A stretch of 64,000 nucleotides of DNA from Rebecca billardiae RCC1528 (lineage: Eukaryota > Protista > Haptophyta). The stretch is taken from assembly GCA_965240325.2 (NCBI GenBank), contig OZ251232.1, positions 1,302,001-1,366,000 on the forward strand. The letters are read 5' to 3'. Below, piece by piece: positions 1 through 13,300 of this stretch. The notes under the pieces are model-generated. The model searched no databases. It was not told the origin of the DNA and was given only the letters and a program-made list of their open reading frames with translations. A program made the position numbers and the translations under genes. Each line of letters starts with the position of its first letter. Positions within the stretch are counted from its first letter, which is position 1.

Positions 1-1185
<1,185 letters not shown>

Positions 1186-1328
1186 TTAGATCGAGCAGTC
1201 TGAAAAAGCTCAGACCTTTTGGCTTTTCGCCCGCGAAAACATTCAATGACGAGAATAAAATGCAAGCGCGGGCGGACGCGGGCTCGCTGTGCGACGTGCA
1301 CCGCCCGGCCGGCTGGGCCTGGGCCACC

Positions 1329-2300
1329 ATGGTGGAACGGGGGAACGACCTGCGCCGCGAGAACGAGGAGCTGCGGACGCTCGTGCGGCAGCAGCAGCTC
1401 CTACTCCTCGAGGCCTCGGCGGCACGACCGCCCTCTGCCGCTCCAGCCCCCTACGCGCTCGGCGAATCTCTGGCCGTCTCGCTCACGTCGCGCCTGGGCT
1501 CGCTTGTCCCGGGCGCACAGCGCTCGCAGCTCGCGGCGGTGGAGCAGCTGCGCGAGGAGCTGCGCGCGCGCGTGGCCGTGGAGGAGCAGCTGCGAGCTGA
1601 GCTGCAGCAGCTGCGCACAGCCCTCCGCGATGCGGACCTGCGGGAGGCCAAGCTCATCGCGCTGGTGCATGAGCTGCGCGATGAGTCTGCGAGCCGCCAC
1701 GTGGCCGTGGTGCGCGCGGAGCACGTGGCCGAGCGCGCAGCGCCGCCAGCTGAGGAGGCCACGGCGGCGCGGCAGGAGCGGCTGTCAGAGTCAGTGCTCG
1801 CACACCGGGGCCCGCCCCAACCACAGCCGGCGGGATTCATGCCACCGCCTGCCGCCTTTGAGACCGCGGCCTCGGTCGACAGCGACTGCCACGACAGGCC
1901 GCGGTGCGCGACACCGCCATTCGGCGCAACGGCCGCGCAGGCGGGCTCGGTCGCTGGGTTGTTCGGGCCGGTGGCGGACGAGTTCGCGGGGCACATGGAG
2001 CTGGCGGCGGTGTCAATGCCGCTGACGATCGCAAGCGCGCGCACACGCGCGGAGCCTGCCTTCCTCTTGGCCGAAGACGCTCACCCCGCGCCCGGCAGCG
2101 CAACGCCGGCCGACGACGGCAGCGTCTCGTCCGCCGCGGCGGACTCGGTCGGCGATATCGACGAGCACTCCCTGCCGACCGCCACGGGCGCGGACGGTGC
2201 GGCCATCGGCGAGCTGCCGCCGCCGAACGATGTGGGCGGCAACGGCGCCGCTCTCCTCTCGCGCAGATTTGGCACGCTCGCGGCCGTCGCGTCCAGCTGA
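1329..2300 (+). CDS. Hypothetical coiled-coil protein
   Basis: ATG in GCCACCATGG context at 1329; E/L/R/Q-rich heptads (LREELRARVAVEEQLRAELQQLR); divergent from HSP60. Confidence 0.7.
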   Translation: MVERGNDLRRENEELRTLVRQQQLLLLEASAARPPSAAPAPYALGESLAVSLTSRLGSLVPGAQRSQLAAVEQLREELRARVAVEEQLRAELQQLRTALRDADLREAKLIALVHELRDESASRHVAVVRAEHVAERAAPPAEEATAARQERLSESVLAHRGPPQPQPAGFMPPPAAFETAASVDSDCHDRPRCATPPFGATAAQAGSVAGLFGPVADEFAGHMELAAVSMPLTIASARTRAEPAFLLAEDAHPAPGSATPADDGSVSSAAADSVGDIDEHSLPTATGADGAAIGELPPPNDVGGNGAALLSRRFGTLAAVASS

Positions 2301-2720
2301 TCGATTGGCACCTTCACTTTCAGCGCAGTGATTCCTAAGCAGGATGACGATCAGGACCGTGCGGGTCTGAGCAGGCCGAAGTGCCGCTAGTCATCCAGAG
2401 CTAACACGCCGCCCCGCGCCGGTCGCAAAAATTGTTGGCCCCGAATGGCCCCGATCACATTCGTGCTATGAGTATGATACTAGCTAGTCACTGTAGCGTC
2501 GACTCGTAGCAGACTGCAAAGCGCCTGGCTGGAGTGGCTCGTCACTGTCTACCGTGACCGTGTAGATCTTGGTGGCGAGCGGCGAGCGCAGAGCGGCGAT
2601 CCTGCCGAGGGCGGTCCGGGCTCGGGGGGCTCGGAGTCGGACCAATAAAGGACCATCAAGATTCTTAGATTCAAGACGCTCGGTCGCTGCGGCTTTGATG
2701 GCGCCAACCGCCTTAGAAGC

Positions 2721-4127
2721 ATGGCGACTCGGCGACCGTCCTCGGCGCAGCTGCTGCTTGCGGCGGTCGTCGGCTTTGCCTTGCTGACCACTCTCTACGT
2801 CAGCCCAGTGCTGCACGCACGATCGTCGCTTGTCGCCGAGCCCTCCGCCGATACCGCCCAGCCGGCCGTGCGCACGCGCAGAGCGCAGCCGGCGCAGTTT
2901 GCCGCGCCGCGCGTAGCGGCGCAGGTCACACCTGCGGCCGCAGCCGCAGGCGCAACCGGGGGCGGCGGCGAGGAATTGTGCGATGAGCGATGCACAGCGA
3001 TGGGCGCGTTCACCCCCGCCGCGACGGGCGGCGCAGCCTCTCCGCGCACGCCATCGCCGGGCTCGCTCCGGCCACCGTGCGCGCGGCGGAGAGTCTTCCT
3101 GGACCTGGGCGTGAATTGGTGCAACACCGCGCGGCTGCACGAGCGCTTCGCCCCGCTGGCTGAGCGCGGGCCGGAGGCGCACTGGGAGGTGTACGGCTTC
3201 GAGGCCTCCCCGCTCATCCAGCCGTACGTCGACGACTTCTTCGCGTACCTCAACTACGAGCGCGCCGAGCCGCTGCTCTGCCTGCCGCGCGCCGGCTCGA
3301 CCTGGGACCTGCGCGAGTACGTGAAGCGGCTGGGCTGCCCGTCGCTGGACAAGCGCGACCCGACGTTCAAGCTGTGCATCTTCGACGTGTTCCACGAGCA
3401 CCTCGCCGCGCTGCGCGCGCGCCCCGAGCTCGGCTCGATGCAGCTGGTGCAGAGGCGGCTCGCCGAGAGCTCGTGCGCACGAGCGCGCGCCGCCGAGCGC
3501 TCGGCCGCGGCTGCGGACGAGGGCCCGCAGCCGCGCGTGCGCGTGAGCTCCCGCTTCGTGCATGTGCCGGCGGCCGCGTCGGGCGAGACGGGCACCCTCC
3601 ACCTGTACTCCCCGCCCCAGCAGCTCATCCGCGGCGGCGGCCGGCCCGACGAGAGCGGCGCGTACCACGACGCGCTGTACGACGCTTACTTGCCCAACGG
3701 CTCGGAGCGGCTGTACCGCTTCGACGTGCCGACCGTCGACGTGGCCGAGTGGATGATCGCCACGCTGCGCGAGGAGGACTACGTGATCGCGAAGCTGGAC
3801 ATCGAGGGGGCGGAGCACTCGCTCTTCCGGAAGCTGCTCGACCGCGGCAAGCTCGGCCTGATCGACGTGCTTGCATACGAGTGCCACCCTGGACCTGGCG
3901 ACTGCCTGGCGCTCAAGCGCGAGATCCGACGCACGGTGCCCGAGATGCAGATCTGGGTGGAGGCTGTGAACTACACCGGCATCGACGCGTACTCGCGGAT
4001 CGGCAACCAGAGCGACGCTGACTTCGCCAAGTGGATGGCGGACTGCGGCATCAAGCGATACGACGGCACAGGTGTCGGCATCTCGCAACTACGACGGCGA
4101 TCAGGCTCGTCCGCCCTGTCGCAGTAG
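2721..4127 (+). CDS. FkbM-like SAM-dependent methyltransferase with N-terminal anchor/signal
   Basis: N-terminal hydrophobic helix; motifs VFLDLGVN, VYGFEASP and VIAKLDIEGAE typical of FkbM/Methyltransf_21. Confidence 0.8.
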   Translation: MATRRPSSAQLLLAAVVGFALLTTLYVSPVLHARSSLVAEPSADTAQPAVRTRRAQPAQFAAPRVAAQVTPAAAAAGATGGGGEELCDERCTAMGAFTPAATGGAASPRTPSPGSLRPPCARRRVFLDLGVNWCNTARLHERFAPLAERGPEAHWEVYGFEASPLIQPYVDDFFAYLNYERAEPLLCLPRAGSTWDLREYVKRLGCPSLDKRDPTFKLCIFDVFHEHLAALRARPELGSMQLVQRRLAESSCARARAAERSAAAADEGPQPRVRVSSRFVHVPAAASGETGTLHLYSPPQQLIRGGGRPDESGAYHDALYDAYLPNGSERLYRFDVPTVDVAEWMIATLREEDYVIAKLDIEGAEHSLFRKLLDRGKLGLIDVLAYECHPGPGDCLALKREIRRTVPEMQIWVEAVNYTGIDAYSRIGNQSDADFAKWMADCGIKRYDGTGVGISQLRRRSGSSALSQ

Positions 4128-4928
4128 TCAGCCGGCGTGCCGTCACTGCACAGACGCTGCACTCACCTGCTCGTCAAGGGTCGTCAGTCGCGAGCATTCG
4201 CACTCGCACAGCAGTTCTGAATACGACGTGACTTCGTCACTCAGCCATCGTCAGCATCCGATATAGTGATATAGTCAGAGACTGAGAATCCGAGATGAGA
4301 CTCGTCATTCAGAGAGACGAGTGCGAGCGCGCACAGAGCAGTCGTGATAACTTATTATTTCAGACCGCGCCGTAGCCCGTACGGCGGGCCCGGTGCCGTC
4401 CCGGAACTCCGTCCGAAGGCCGGCGGGACGAGTCATCAATGATCAATCACAGACGATGACGCGACAGGTGTCATAGTGTAGCTTGATCTGTATCCGCGGA
4501 CCGGTCTGGGCCGTCTGGCGTCTGCCGCGGACCGGACACGCCGCACACGGGCTGTTCGCCTGAATAGTCACGCGGCTCTGCAGTAGCTACTTACGCGTAT
4601 TCGTGGCTGATTATGACGAATACGTGGGCGCGTAAGTACGACGCAGCTGATGGCGGAACCGGGAAGGCGTGACGAGTGAGATCACGTAGAGTCCCGGACT
4701 GCTAGTCATCACTGCTGATAGTGCTACTAGTCGACCGGACAGTCGTCGCGAAGCCTTACTGACACTCCGAGTACCGAGTGACCGCGGGATCAATCAATCC
4801 GTCAGACCGTCTAGTCGCGGGTAGCAGAGTGAAATAAGAGCCACGTACTGGCGGGCTCAGGGCGGTCCGAGGCGCGTCGGCCGGCGCCGCCCGGATCCGG
4901 GGCCGGTGTCTGAGCAGCCCCGATGACT

Positions 4929-4976
4929 CACCGTGACCAGTAGCTTACTCGCCACCGTTACCAGTAGCTTACTCGC
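4929..4976. repeat. 24-nt tandem duplication
   Basis: CACCGT(G/T)ACCAGTAGCTTACTCGC x2. Confidence 0.85.
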
Positions 4977-5110
4977 TAGTGTGATGACAGATGAGTGATG
5001 AGTGATCAATGACGATGCGGTTCACTCTGGCTCTGCGGATCCGCCCGATCCGATCCGGGGCGGCGCCCGTCCGCAGCCATTCACTCGGGCCGCCAACTCG
5101 GTCAACGGTA

Positions 5111-5118
5111 CTCTCTCT

Positions 5119-5158
<40 letters not shown>

Positions 5159-5199
5159 ACTCTCTCTCTCAGACTCTCTCTCTCTCTCTCTCTCTCTCT
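5111..5199. repeat. Interrupted (CT)n microsatellite
   Basis: CT run broken by GG, GA and AGA. Confidence 0.95.
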
Positions 5200-5425
5200 A
5201 TTACTTACGCCCCAGTGGCCAGTCCTGCATACTCTGATACTCGACCGAGTATATATATGCAGCATGATGATATATATAGACATTATAGTCAGTACTACTC
5301 GATCAATAATGCGCCTGAATCATTATAATAATCGGCATAAGTTATACTATAGTTAGGCGGCGACGGACCGGACGTGATGCCAGTAACGCTATAGCTACAT
5401 CGCGTCCGTCGTCCGTCGTGCGGCA

Positions 5426-7541
5426 TCACCAGCTGAACAAGTCGTGCTTCTGACCGCTGGCGCCGCTGTTGCGCTGTGCCACGCGCTCCACCACGGCTGC
5501 GGTGAAGGCGCTCGCGCCGACCATGCCGGACCCCTCCGCACGCGCGTTGCCACCGAGCGCGTGGCCCACACTCTCGGCCGCACCTGGCGGCGGTTGAAAG
5601 CCAACGGTGCCCGCCGTCCCCATGCGCATGGGCGAGACCGCCCGCCCGGCGAGCGCGCGCTGCGCGTTCGCGTTCGCCACCGCCTCGTCCTCGCGCATCT
5701 GCCTGTAGCACTCGGCGCAGATGCGGACGGCCGAGCTCGGCTCGAGTGCGCACAGCAGCTGCCTGCGGGCGCGGGCGGTGCGGAGGCGGGTCGGGTCGCG
5801 CGTGAGCCTCGGCGCCGCGCCCCACGCCGCGCGCGCGTGCGCGCGCCGCGCACCTGTGCGCCGAGCACTCGTTGCAGAAGATGTGACCACAGGAGCGGCA
5901 GTGGTGCCGCCGCCTGAACAGCCAGTGGAAGTCGCGCGCGCACGCGGCGCACGCGCTCGCGTCTCGGTCGTCGAGCCAGCGCCAGCCGCCGCCGAGGGCG
6001 AAGGCGCTGCCGCCCTCATGCGCGATGGCGGCGCTGCCGGGGCTGGGCGCCGGCTCCGCGGCCGCCGACGCGGACGCGGCCGCGCTCTCCGCCGGCGCGG
6101 CGCGAGCTGGCGGCAGCAGCGAGGGCACGTGGCTCAGCCCGAGCGGCGGCGCGGCCGCGGGCGGCTCGGGCGCGGCGGCGCCGCCTTCGGCGGGCGCGGC
6201 GTCGGGCGGCATCGAGGAGAGGGTGGTCGTGAGCCGATCGATCACCTGCGAGAGCACCTCGGCCGTGCGCGCCATCCGCATCAGCTGCGACATCAGCTGC
6301 TGCAGCACGTGCTGCGGCGTCTGCCGCCGGTGCTGCACCGACAGGCACGCGAAGTACGCCACCCTCAGCTGGTGCCGCAGCTCAGCCTGACCGCGCACGA
6401 GCGCGGTGCGCGCGCACGAGAGGCCGCCCACGGCGAGCTCGAGCACCGCGCTGCGCCCGCGCTCCGCGCCGTGCTCGCGCGCGGCCCGGCTGGGCGCGTC
6501 CGCGCCCGTGGGCGAGAGCGGCGCGGCCGACGCAGCCGGCCAGTGCGCCAGCTGCAGCGCGCCCACGGCCCCGCCCTGCCGCTGCTGCGGCGGCGCCGTC
6601 GAGTGGATTGAGAGAGATGACTCGGACGCGGTGGAGAAGAGGTGCGCGGAGGAGCGCTCGTCGTTCGGCGTCCACGAGGCCGACACGGACGAGTCCGTCT
6701 CGAACGCGGTGGACGAGCACGAGCAGTTGCACAGCTGCGAGGGAGGCGGGGAGCAGGCGCGCGCACGCGCACGCGCGGATCGCGGGCGGCGGGCGCGCGA
6801 GGGCGGCGCCGCGGCGGCGAGGGTGAGCGTGCGCGCGCAGGGGACGGGCGCACGGCGCGACAGAAGGCCGGCGCTCGGTGGGCTCCACTCGGCTGCCCAC
6901 ACCACCGCGGCCGCACCCCGGCGTGCGGGCAGCGCAGGTCGCAGGGCGCCACGGCGCGGGCGCTCGCAGCTGTCGCAAGTGTGCGCGCGCGCGCGCACGC
7001 GTGCGCACACCCCGTCCTTCCGAAGCTCCGTGGCGAGCGCGCTTTCCCTGGCGCGACGCACGGTGCTCCACGCGGTCTCCTTCTCGGCGACCGCGAGCGC
7101 GAGCTGCCGCCTCGCGTGCTCGAGCTCCCGGCGCAGACCGTCCGCCGCGGCGCGCGACTCCTCCAGCTGGTCCTGCTTGGTGCTCGCCCACTTGCGCGCG
7201 CCGAGCTGCTGCGCGCTCGGCGAGGAGCCGAGCGCGAGGGCGTGCGTGAGCGCGGCGGAGAGCGAGGCGTTCTCCTCGCGCGCGGCGCCGAGCTCGGCGG
7301 CCAGGTCCGCGCGCTCCTGCTGTGCCTTCTCGTACCGCTTGGTCGTGCGCTCGAGCCGCTGCCGGAGCGTCGTCTGCTGCCGCACGAGGTGGAGCGTGAG
7401 CGAGGTCTGCACCTCGTCGCCGAAGAGGGACGCGGCGGCGCCGGCGGTCTGGTCGTTTGTGCGCGCGCGTGGCCACGAATGTCGTCGGCACAGCGCGGCG
7501 GCGTCGCCCGGCTGCGGGCGGCGGTTGCTCGCCGGGAGCAT
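5426..7541 (-). CDS. Coiled-coil + FYVE zinc-finger protein
   Basis: Exons 7541-7011, 6734-5854 and 5762-5426 (GT-AG introns). FYVE signature WLDD..CAAC...RRRHHCRSCGHIFCNECSAHR|QLLC...VRICAECY is complete only after splicing. Start codon uncertain. Confidence 0.85.
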
Positions 7542-7969
7542 CTCGGCCTGGCGGAAGAGGGGAGGGGGGGGGGGCTTTCTTGCCCTGCCAACCCGCCGCC
7601 GGGCGCCGGCCCCGCGAATGCGCACCGGTTCACGGCCGAGGGCCAGGACCACCCGCTTCAGACTGGTCGCCAGCTCTCGATCGGGCGACGCAGCGCGGCC
7701 CTTGATTCCGGTTGCAGAGTTGAAGATTCAGGCTACGCTGGCTATTTACCGGTTCAGATGAATGATGATGCGACGAGGTCATCGGGTCGTAACTCATACA
7801 GGTAGATAAAGGAGGACATCCAGAGGTATCCATCATACTTTATGATCGCATTACCGGTGAGTGATACGGGGTGCATCGGGGTAACAAGTTTGAATAAGTT
7901 TCCCGCCACCTCAGCAGTTGTTCACTCCTGGTCCGGCCGGCCCTTTCGCGTCTGTCCGGCCGTTCAAGC

Positions 7970-9776
7970 ATGGCTGCCAATGCCGCCTCGAGCGGCGGCA
8001 GCTGTTGGCTCGTCGGCGTGCTCGCCGTGGTGGTTGGCGCCATGATCGCGGCGGTGGGCACATTGTTGGGGCATGGCGGCCAGATGATTGTCTATCACGT
8101 GGCGGCAAGGCCTCCGCGAGCGGCCCCCGCGCGCTCGCCGGAGGCGGCGCGGGCGTCCGAGCAGCCCGTACGTGCAGCTGCGCGCGACCAGTCGACTTCC
8201 GCGTCGGCTGGGGCCAGCGCGGCGCCCTCGACTGCAGCTCAGCCCACACCGCGTCCAAGGGCCGCCCCCACCGCGCGCCTCGCTGCGTCCCGTGCCGCTG
8301 CCGGCGCGTGCACGACGCTCGGCGAGCGCGTGCGCGCGCTGGCCGGTGTCCCTGAGACGGCGAGCGTGCGCGGTGCAGAGGCGCGCGCAGACGTGGCCGA
8401 CAGCGCGCTGTTCCAGGCGTTCCTACAGCGCACACAGCTGCCGCCATCGTGCGCGCCCGGCAGCGAAGCCTTCGAGTACCGCTCGTGGGCCAATGGCCTC
8501 GGCTCGCAGCTGAACGTGCTCGTGCGCTCGTGGGGGACGGTGGTGGCGAGCGCGCTGCAGAGAGGCGGCGCGGCCGCGGCCGAGGGCGCGCCGCCGCCGC
8601 CGGTGCCGCCGCTGGTGCTGGCGGGGCGCGAGCCGTACGTGAACGCCGAGCTGTGCGAGCGGCGCACCGTCGAGTGCTACGTCGAGCGCTTCAGCACCTG
8701 CGCCGCCGGGGCCGACGGCCTGCGCACGCGCGCTCTCAAGCCGCAGCGCGGACTCGCCAAGTCGCTTCCGGCCGCGGCGGGTCGGGCGCTCGGCTCGCCC
8801 TCGCTCGCGTCGCGCCCGAGGAGCTGGTACCGGCGCGAGCTCTCGCGCTTCCTGCTGCGGCCGAACGCGCGGCTGCGCGCTCTCGTCCGGCGCTTCCGCG
8901 ACGAGTCCGGGCTGAGCGCCGCCCTCGCCAACGCGAGCGGCGCCGCACGTGGACCGAGGCCGTGCCGGGTGCTTGGCGTGCACGTCAGGCGCGGCGACAA
9001 GGCGGACCGCGGCGCGCGCCAGCGCGCCGAGCCGTTCCCCGACGCCATGTACGCCGCGGCTCTGGCGGCGCTCGCGCGCGAGACGTCCGCGGCGATTGTC
9101 CTGCTCGCCTCAGACGACGAGCGAGCCCGGCGCGGCCTGGAGAAGGCGCTGCACGCCGCGGGCGCGCCGGCCGCGCGCGTGCTCGAGGTGCCTCGAGCGC
9201 ACTTCCTGCGCGCGCGCGGCGCCGTGGCGATGGCGAGCGTCGTGCGCCATCGACGGCCCGAAGGGCAGGAGGACGAGGGGCTCTCGCTGCTCGCGCTCGT
9301 GCTCTTTCTCGCCGAGGCGTCGGACGCCGGCTTCGTCGGCACGATGAGCGCCAACCTCTCCGGTGCGGCCCAGCGGCGCGCGCGGCGCGGAGCGCGAGCG
9401 AGCGATGGCGGCGCGCGGCGCGCGAGCGCGCGCTCACGACCCACCGCCGCCGAATGCGCCGGCCGTCACCCCGGCGTGGCGCGCAGAGCTGATCGCCGTC
9501 ATGCAGGGCGTCTTTCACGCGTACCCGGTGTCGTTCGACCTCTCGTGCCACGGGCTGAACGAGTTCCACGGCCTGCGCGGCGCGAACACATCGACTCGGC
9601 CCGAGCACGTGTTCGGCGGGGGCAGCATGTGGCCCATGCCGCGCATGGCTGAGGTGCATCCGGCGTGCGCGCGCGTGCTGCATCTCGCGCGCGCGGCGGG
9701 CAAGAAGTCGTCCTTGCGACGCCGCCGACGGTCGTCGGCGTCATCGTTGGCGCCCTCTACGAGGCGGTCGCATTAG
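7970..9776 (+). CDS. Alpha-1,6-fucosyltransferase (GT23/NodZ)-like glycosyltransferase
   Basis: Type II anchor; motifs NGLGSQLN, VLGVHVRRGDK, IVLLASDD and FVGTMSANLS; intron 9363-9486. Confidence 0.8.
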
Positions 9777-9926
9777 ATTACTTGACGTACCCTCATACTA
9801 CGACGATCTATAGCAGCGTCGTCCGTATCATCATAGTAGTACTTACGACATAGTTCTTACGGTGTATCTACTACTGTACAATAGCTATATCTGTATGAGT
9901 ATCTGCTGCGGGTAATTGGTAGTAAA

Positions 9927-10916
9927 ATGATGGCTGCGCTGACGCGCGTGATCGTCGGCGTGATTGTGGTGCTCGCCGCCGACACGGCTGGTGGCGACGG
10001 CTGCGTCGCCGCGCGCCGGTCCACTCCGGACGAAAGGAAGCACGCATGGGAGCGGCACCACACAGTCCTCTTCTTCGCGGGCCTAGAGGGCACGGGCCAT
10101 CATTTGTGGAGGGAACACGTGCGTTACATCTGGAGGCGTGCGCCTGGCGCGTTCAAAGCTGTGGGCCTCACCCAGTGGACGGACGAGGAGCAGAGACAAG
10201 CGAGCGGACGCATCGATTCATTCCTCAAGGACCAGGAGTACCGCCCCAACAAGTCCGCCCAGCTCACCGAGGCGTCAATCGAGAGGCTGGCAGAAGACCT
10301 CTGCATCTTGACAGCTCCAAACTCATCGCAGACGCCCGAGAGGAACCCGGGCGTGCTCGCGCTCAACTGCGGCAAAACGATGCACAGCTACCCACGAGCA
10401 GCCCCCGCCCACCAACCAAAGGCCTTCTCTGTGCCCAACCTCATGCAGTTCCGCATGGCCGCCAGCAAGGCTGGAATGCGCATGCGAGTCATCGTGCTGC
10501 TCCGTGACCACGCCCAGATTCTGCGCTCCGCCGCCAGCCGCGGGTACGGCGGCTCGCTGCACAAGGAGGCGCTCACGCTCGGGCTCGCAGCATGCTTACT
10601 CGCCTACCAGCTTCGGCACATGCCTGCGCACGACGTGCTCTGCGTCAACGCGATCGACGAGCTGCCCACTGCCGGCGAGAGCGCGCTCAAGCAGCTGATG
10701 GACTTCATGCACCCGGATTTGAATACCACCGCCCGCGAGGCTCTGGCGTATAGCATCACCACGGAGCATCGCCGCGAGGCGCCCACGAGCGCACAGGCCG
10801 TGAAGCTGCCGGACGATCCCGACGAGCGCAGGAACTTCACGCAGGCGGCCGCGCACTTGGGGGAGGTGGTGCACGAGACCGTCACTCGTGCTTGCTGGGG
10901 CCGAATGCTATACTGA
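9927..10916 (+). CDS. Secretory sulfotransferase-like (P-loop) protein
   Basis: Signal/anchor peptide; FFAGLEGTGHHLW resembles the 5'-PSB loop and RVIVLLRD the 3'-PB motif; intronless. Confidence 0.55.
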   Translation: MMAALTRVIVGVIVVLAADTAGGDGCVAARRSTPDERKHAWERHHTVLFFAGLEGTGHHLWREHVRYIWRRAPGAFKAVGLTQWTDEEQRQASGRIDSFLKDQEYRPNKSAQLTEASIERLAEDLCILTAPNSSQTPERNPGVLALNCGKTMHSYPRAAPAHQPKAFSVPNLMQFRMAASKAGMRMRVIVLLRDHAQILRSAASRGYGGSLHKEALTLGLAACLLAYQLRHMPAHDVLCVNAIDELPTAGESALKQLMDFMHPDLNTTAREALAYSITTEHRREAPTSAQAVKLPDDPDERRNFTQAAAHLGEVVHETVTRACWGRMLY

Positions 10917-11316
10917 TAGTGATGAGCAACCGCCCGACGTCCGCGCCGACCGGCCCGACCGCGCGACCGCCGCGGCCGCCGCCCCTGACGACCTGGCTGG
11001 GAGTCCTGGCGGGGCTGCAAGTGCAAGCAAGCAGGCCGCCTGATGACTGACAGCTGACTGCTGTTATTCAGCTCCGATGACGATGATGACTCGACGACTC
11101 ATCGTCCTGCTACCTCTGAATTAAAATTAATATGACGGCTGACGCCGCCGTCAGTCGTGTCTCGTGAGTAGTCACGGTTGACTTATAAAATAGTAGTAAT
11201 AAACCGACCCGTTGGACTTGGATTGACGATGAATGATGACGATCTGCGGTCTGCGGAGTGCTGAGGCGGGCGGCCAAAACACGGAGGCGCCCCGGGTCGG
11301 CTGTCGGGCTCAGGCC

Positions 11317-13145
11317 TCAGGGCAGGTCCGCGAGCACAGTCATTGGTGGCTCCCCAGTCGGCTGCTGCAGGCTGGGCTGCGCGTTCCGCTGCGCGCCCGC
11401 CGCCGCGCGCAGCCGCTGCGCGTTCCGCTGCGCGGCCGCCGCGCGGAGTCGCTGCTGGACGGCGTTGTACCGCGCCCGCGCGTCCGCGGCCAAGCGCGCC
11501 TGGGCGTCACTCGGCGCGGCCGGGCTGCGCCGTGGGCGCGTCGGCACAGTGCGCGGCCGCGCTCGAGCGCCGCTCAGCGGAGGCGCCGGCCGGGCGGGCG
11601 CCGTGCCGGCCGGCGGCCCTGCCCAGGCCTCGCCCTTCACGATGGTGAAGTGATAGCGGTCCAGGTGATCAATGCCGCCAAACCACTTGACGCGACCGCC
11701 AGCCAGCAGGGCGCGCGAGGCGGCGGCACGCGTCGCGTTGCGCGTTGTGCGCGGCTCGGCTGCTGCGCTCGCGCGCGGTAGCGTGTCGCCGTGCCGCCCG
11801 GCCGCGTGCCCTCGCAGCCTGCGGCGGCGGCGCGCGTGGCCCGCGCCGAGCGGCCGCGCGCGCTCCCGCACCGCTTCCGCCTGCGGCATCTTGAGCGGCC
11901 TCAGCAGGCTGAGCGCCGCAGCCTCGCGGTGCAGAAAGGGGGCGTAGTCGCGGTCGAGCGTGTCGAAGAAGACGTGGCCGTTCTGGGCCAGCGTCGCCTT
12001 GAAGCGCGGCCCGTCGGAGATGTTGGTGTCGTCGAAGACCGCCAGCGCCACCTGCGGGGCAGCAGCGCCCGGCCGCGGGCGGGTGCGCGGTGGAGGGCGG
12101 GCAGGGCGGCAGCTGAGGAGGGCGCGGCCCGCACGAGCGCGCGCGCGCACACCGCGCAGTGCCCGCACGCGCGCTCCGCGCCCCGCTGAGCCAGGCACCA
12201 CGCATGGCAGCCGCGCGCGCCGCGTGCACACACGCACGCCCGGCGGGGCGGTGTGGGCGCTGCTGTCGGTGGGGGCACGCCGGGCTGTCGCGCTGGGCTG
12301 TCGTGTGCGCGCCGCGCGCCCCGTCCTACTGAGCCGCGGACGACGAGGCGGCGGCCGCCACAGACGCGAGCGAGCGTGGCCGCGCGCCCCGTCCTGCTAC
12401 TCACCTTGTCCTGAATCTTGACATAGGTGCCGTAAGCGCCGAGCCGCTTCTCGCCGTCGAAGATGACCATGGTGCGCGCGCGCTCGGCGGGGGTGAGCGC
12501 CGCCACGAGCTGGGGCACGAGCACCGCGCCGTCGCCCTCGAGCAGCCGGACGCCGGGCGCCATCTCGCGCAGCGCGTTGGTCGGGCCGTCAAGCGGCAAG
12601 AACTCAACTGACGTGACTCGCAGGCCGTGCAGCCAGTACATGTACGCGGAGAGGCCGCCGAAGCGGCCCTCCTCGATGATGTGGTCGACGCCGGCGAGGC
12701 GCGCGGCGGTGATCACCGCGAGGATCTTCGTCGGCCGCATGTCCGAGAAGAGGCAGCGCTGGCCCGAGAAGCAGCGGCAGGTGTTGTCGGAGCGCACGCA
12801 CGACGACTCGACCTTGGCGAGGTGCGCGCACTTCTGCCAGCCGTCGGGGTTGAGCGAGGAGGACATGTCGCCGCGGACGTGGTAGCACCAGCAGTCGAAC
12901 TTCATCTCGCACCCCTCGGTCGCGGGCACCCAGTTCCGGTGCACGTCCTTTGTGAGCTGCGAGACGCTCGGGTAGAGGTAGCGGAGGAGCGTCGCGTTCT
13001 CCGCGGACGCGCGCGCCATGAGGGAGGAGAAGGCCGCGCTGGTGGCCGGCGCGGGGGCGCGCCCGACGGGCGGCGGCTCCACCGCGCGCGTCGGGCACAA
13101 CGCCGCCAGCAGCGCGCCCACGACCACGGACGACGCGCGGAGCAT
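11317..13145 (-). CDS. Secreted Cys-rich + class I SAM methyltransferase-like protein
   Basis: Signal peptide; Cys-rich segment; IIEEGRFGGLSA..VTSVE..LLEGDG..VIFDGEK; intron 12404-12052 joins to VALAVFDD. The 3' end is uncertain. Confidence 0.65.
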
Positions 13146-13300
13146 GGCGGCCTTGTGCTCCCCCGCGGCGTTGGCGTCCCCGGAGCCCCGCTCTCGGGTC
13201 CGGCCGGGCCGGGGGCTCGAAAGGGCAAGATTTGGACTGAGAAGGCGCCAAGGCGGTGCGGTGAGCTGAGGACCAAGGCCAGGCGCTCCGCCAGGCGGCC

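Noticed and set aside
1329-2300. HSP10 expected head-to-head with HSP60
   Set aside because: The divergent gene is a coiled-coil protein with no GroES similarity.
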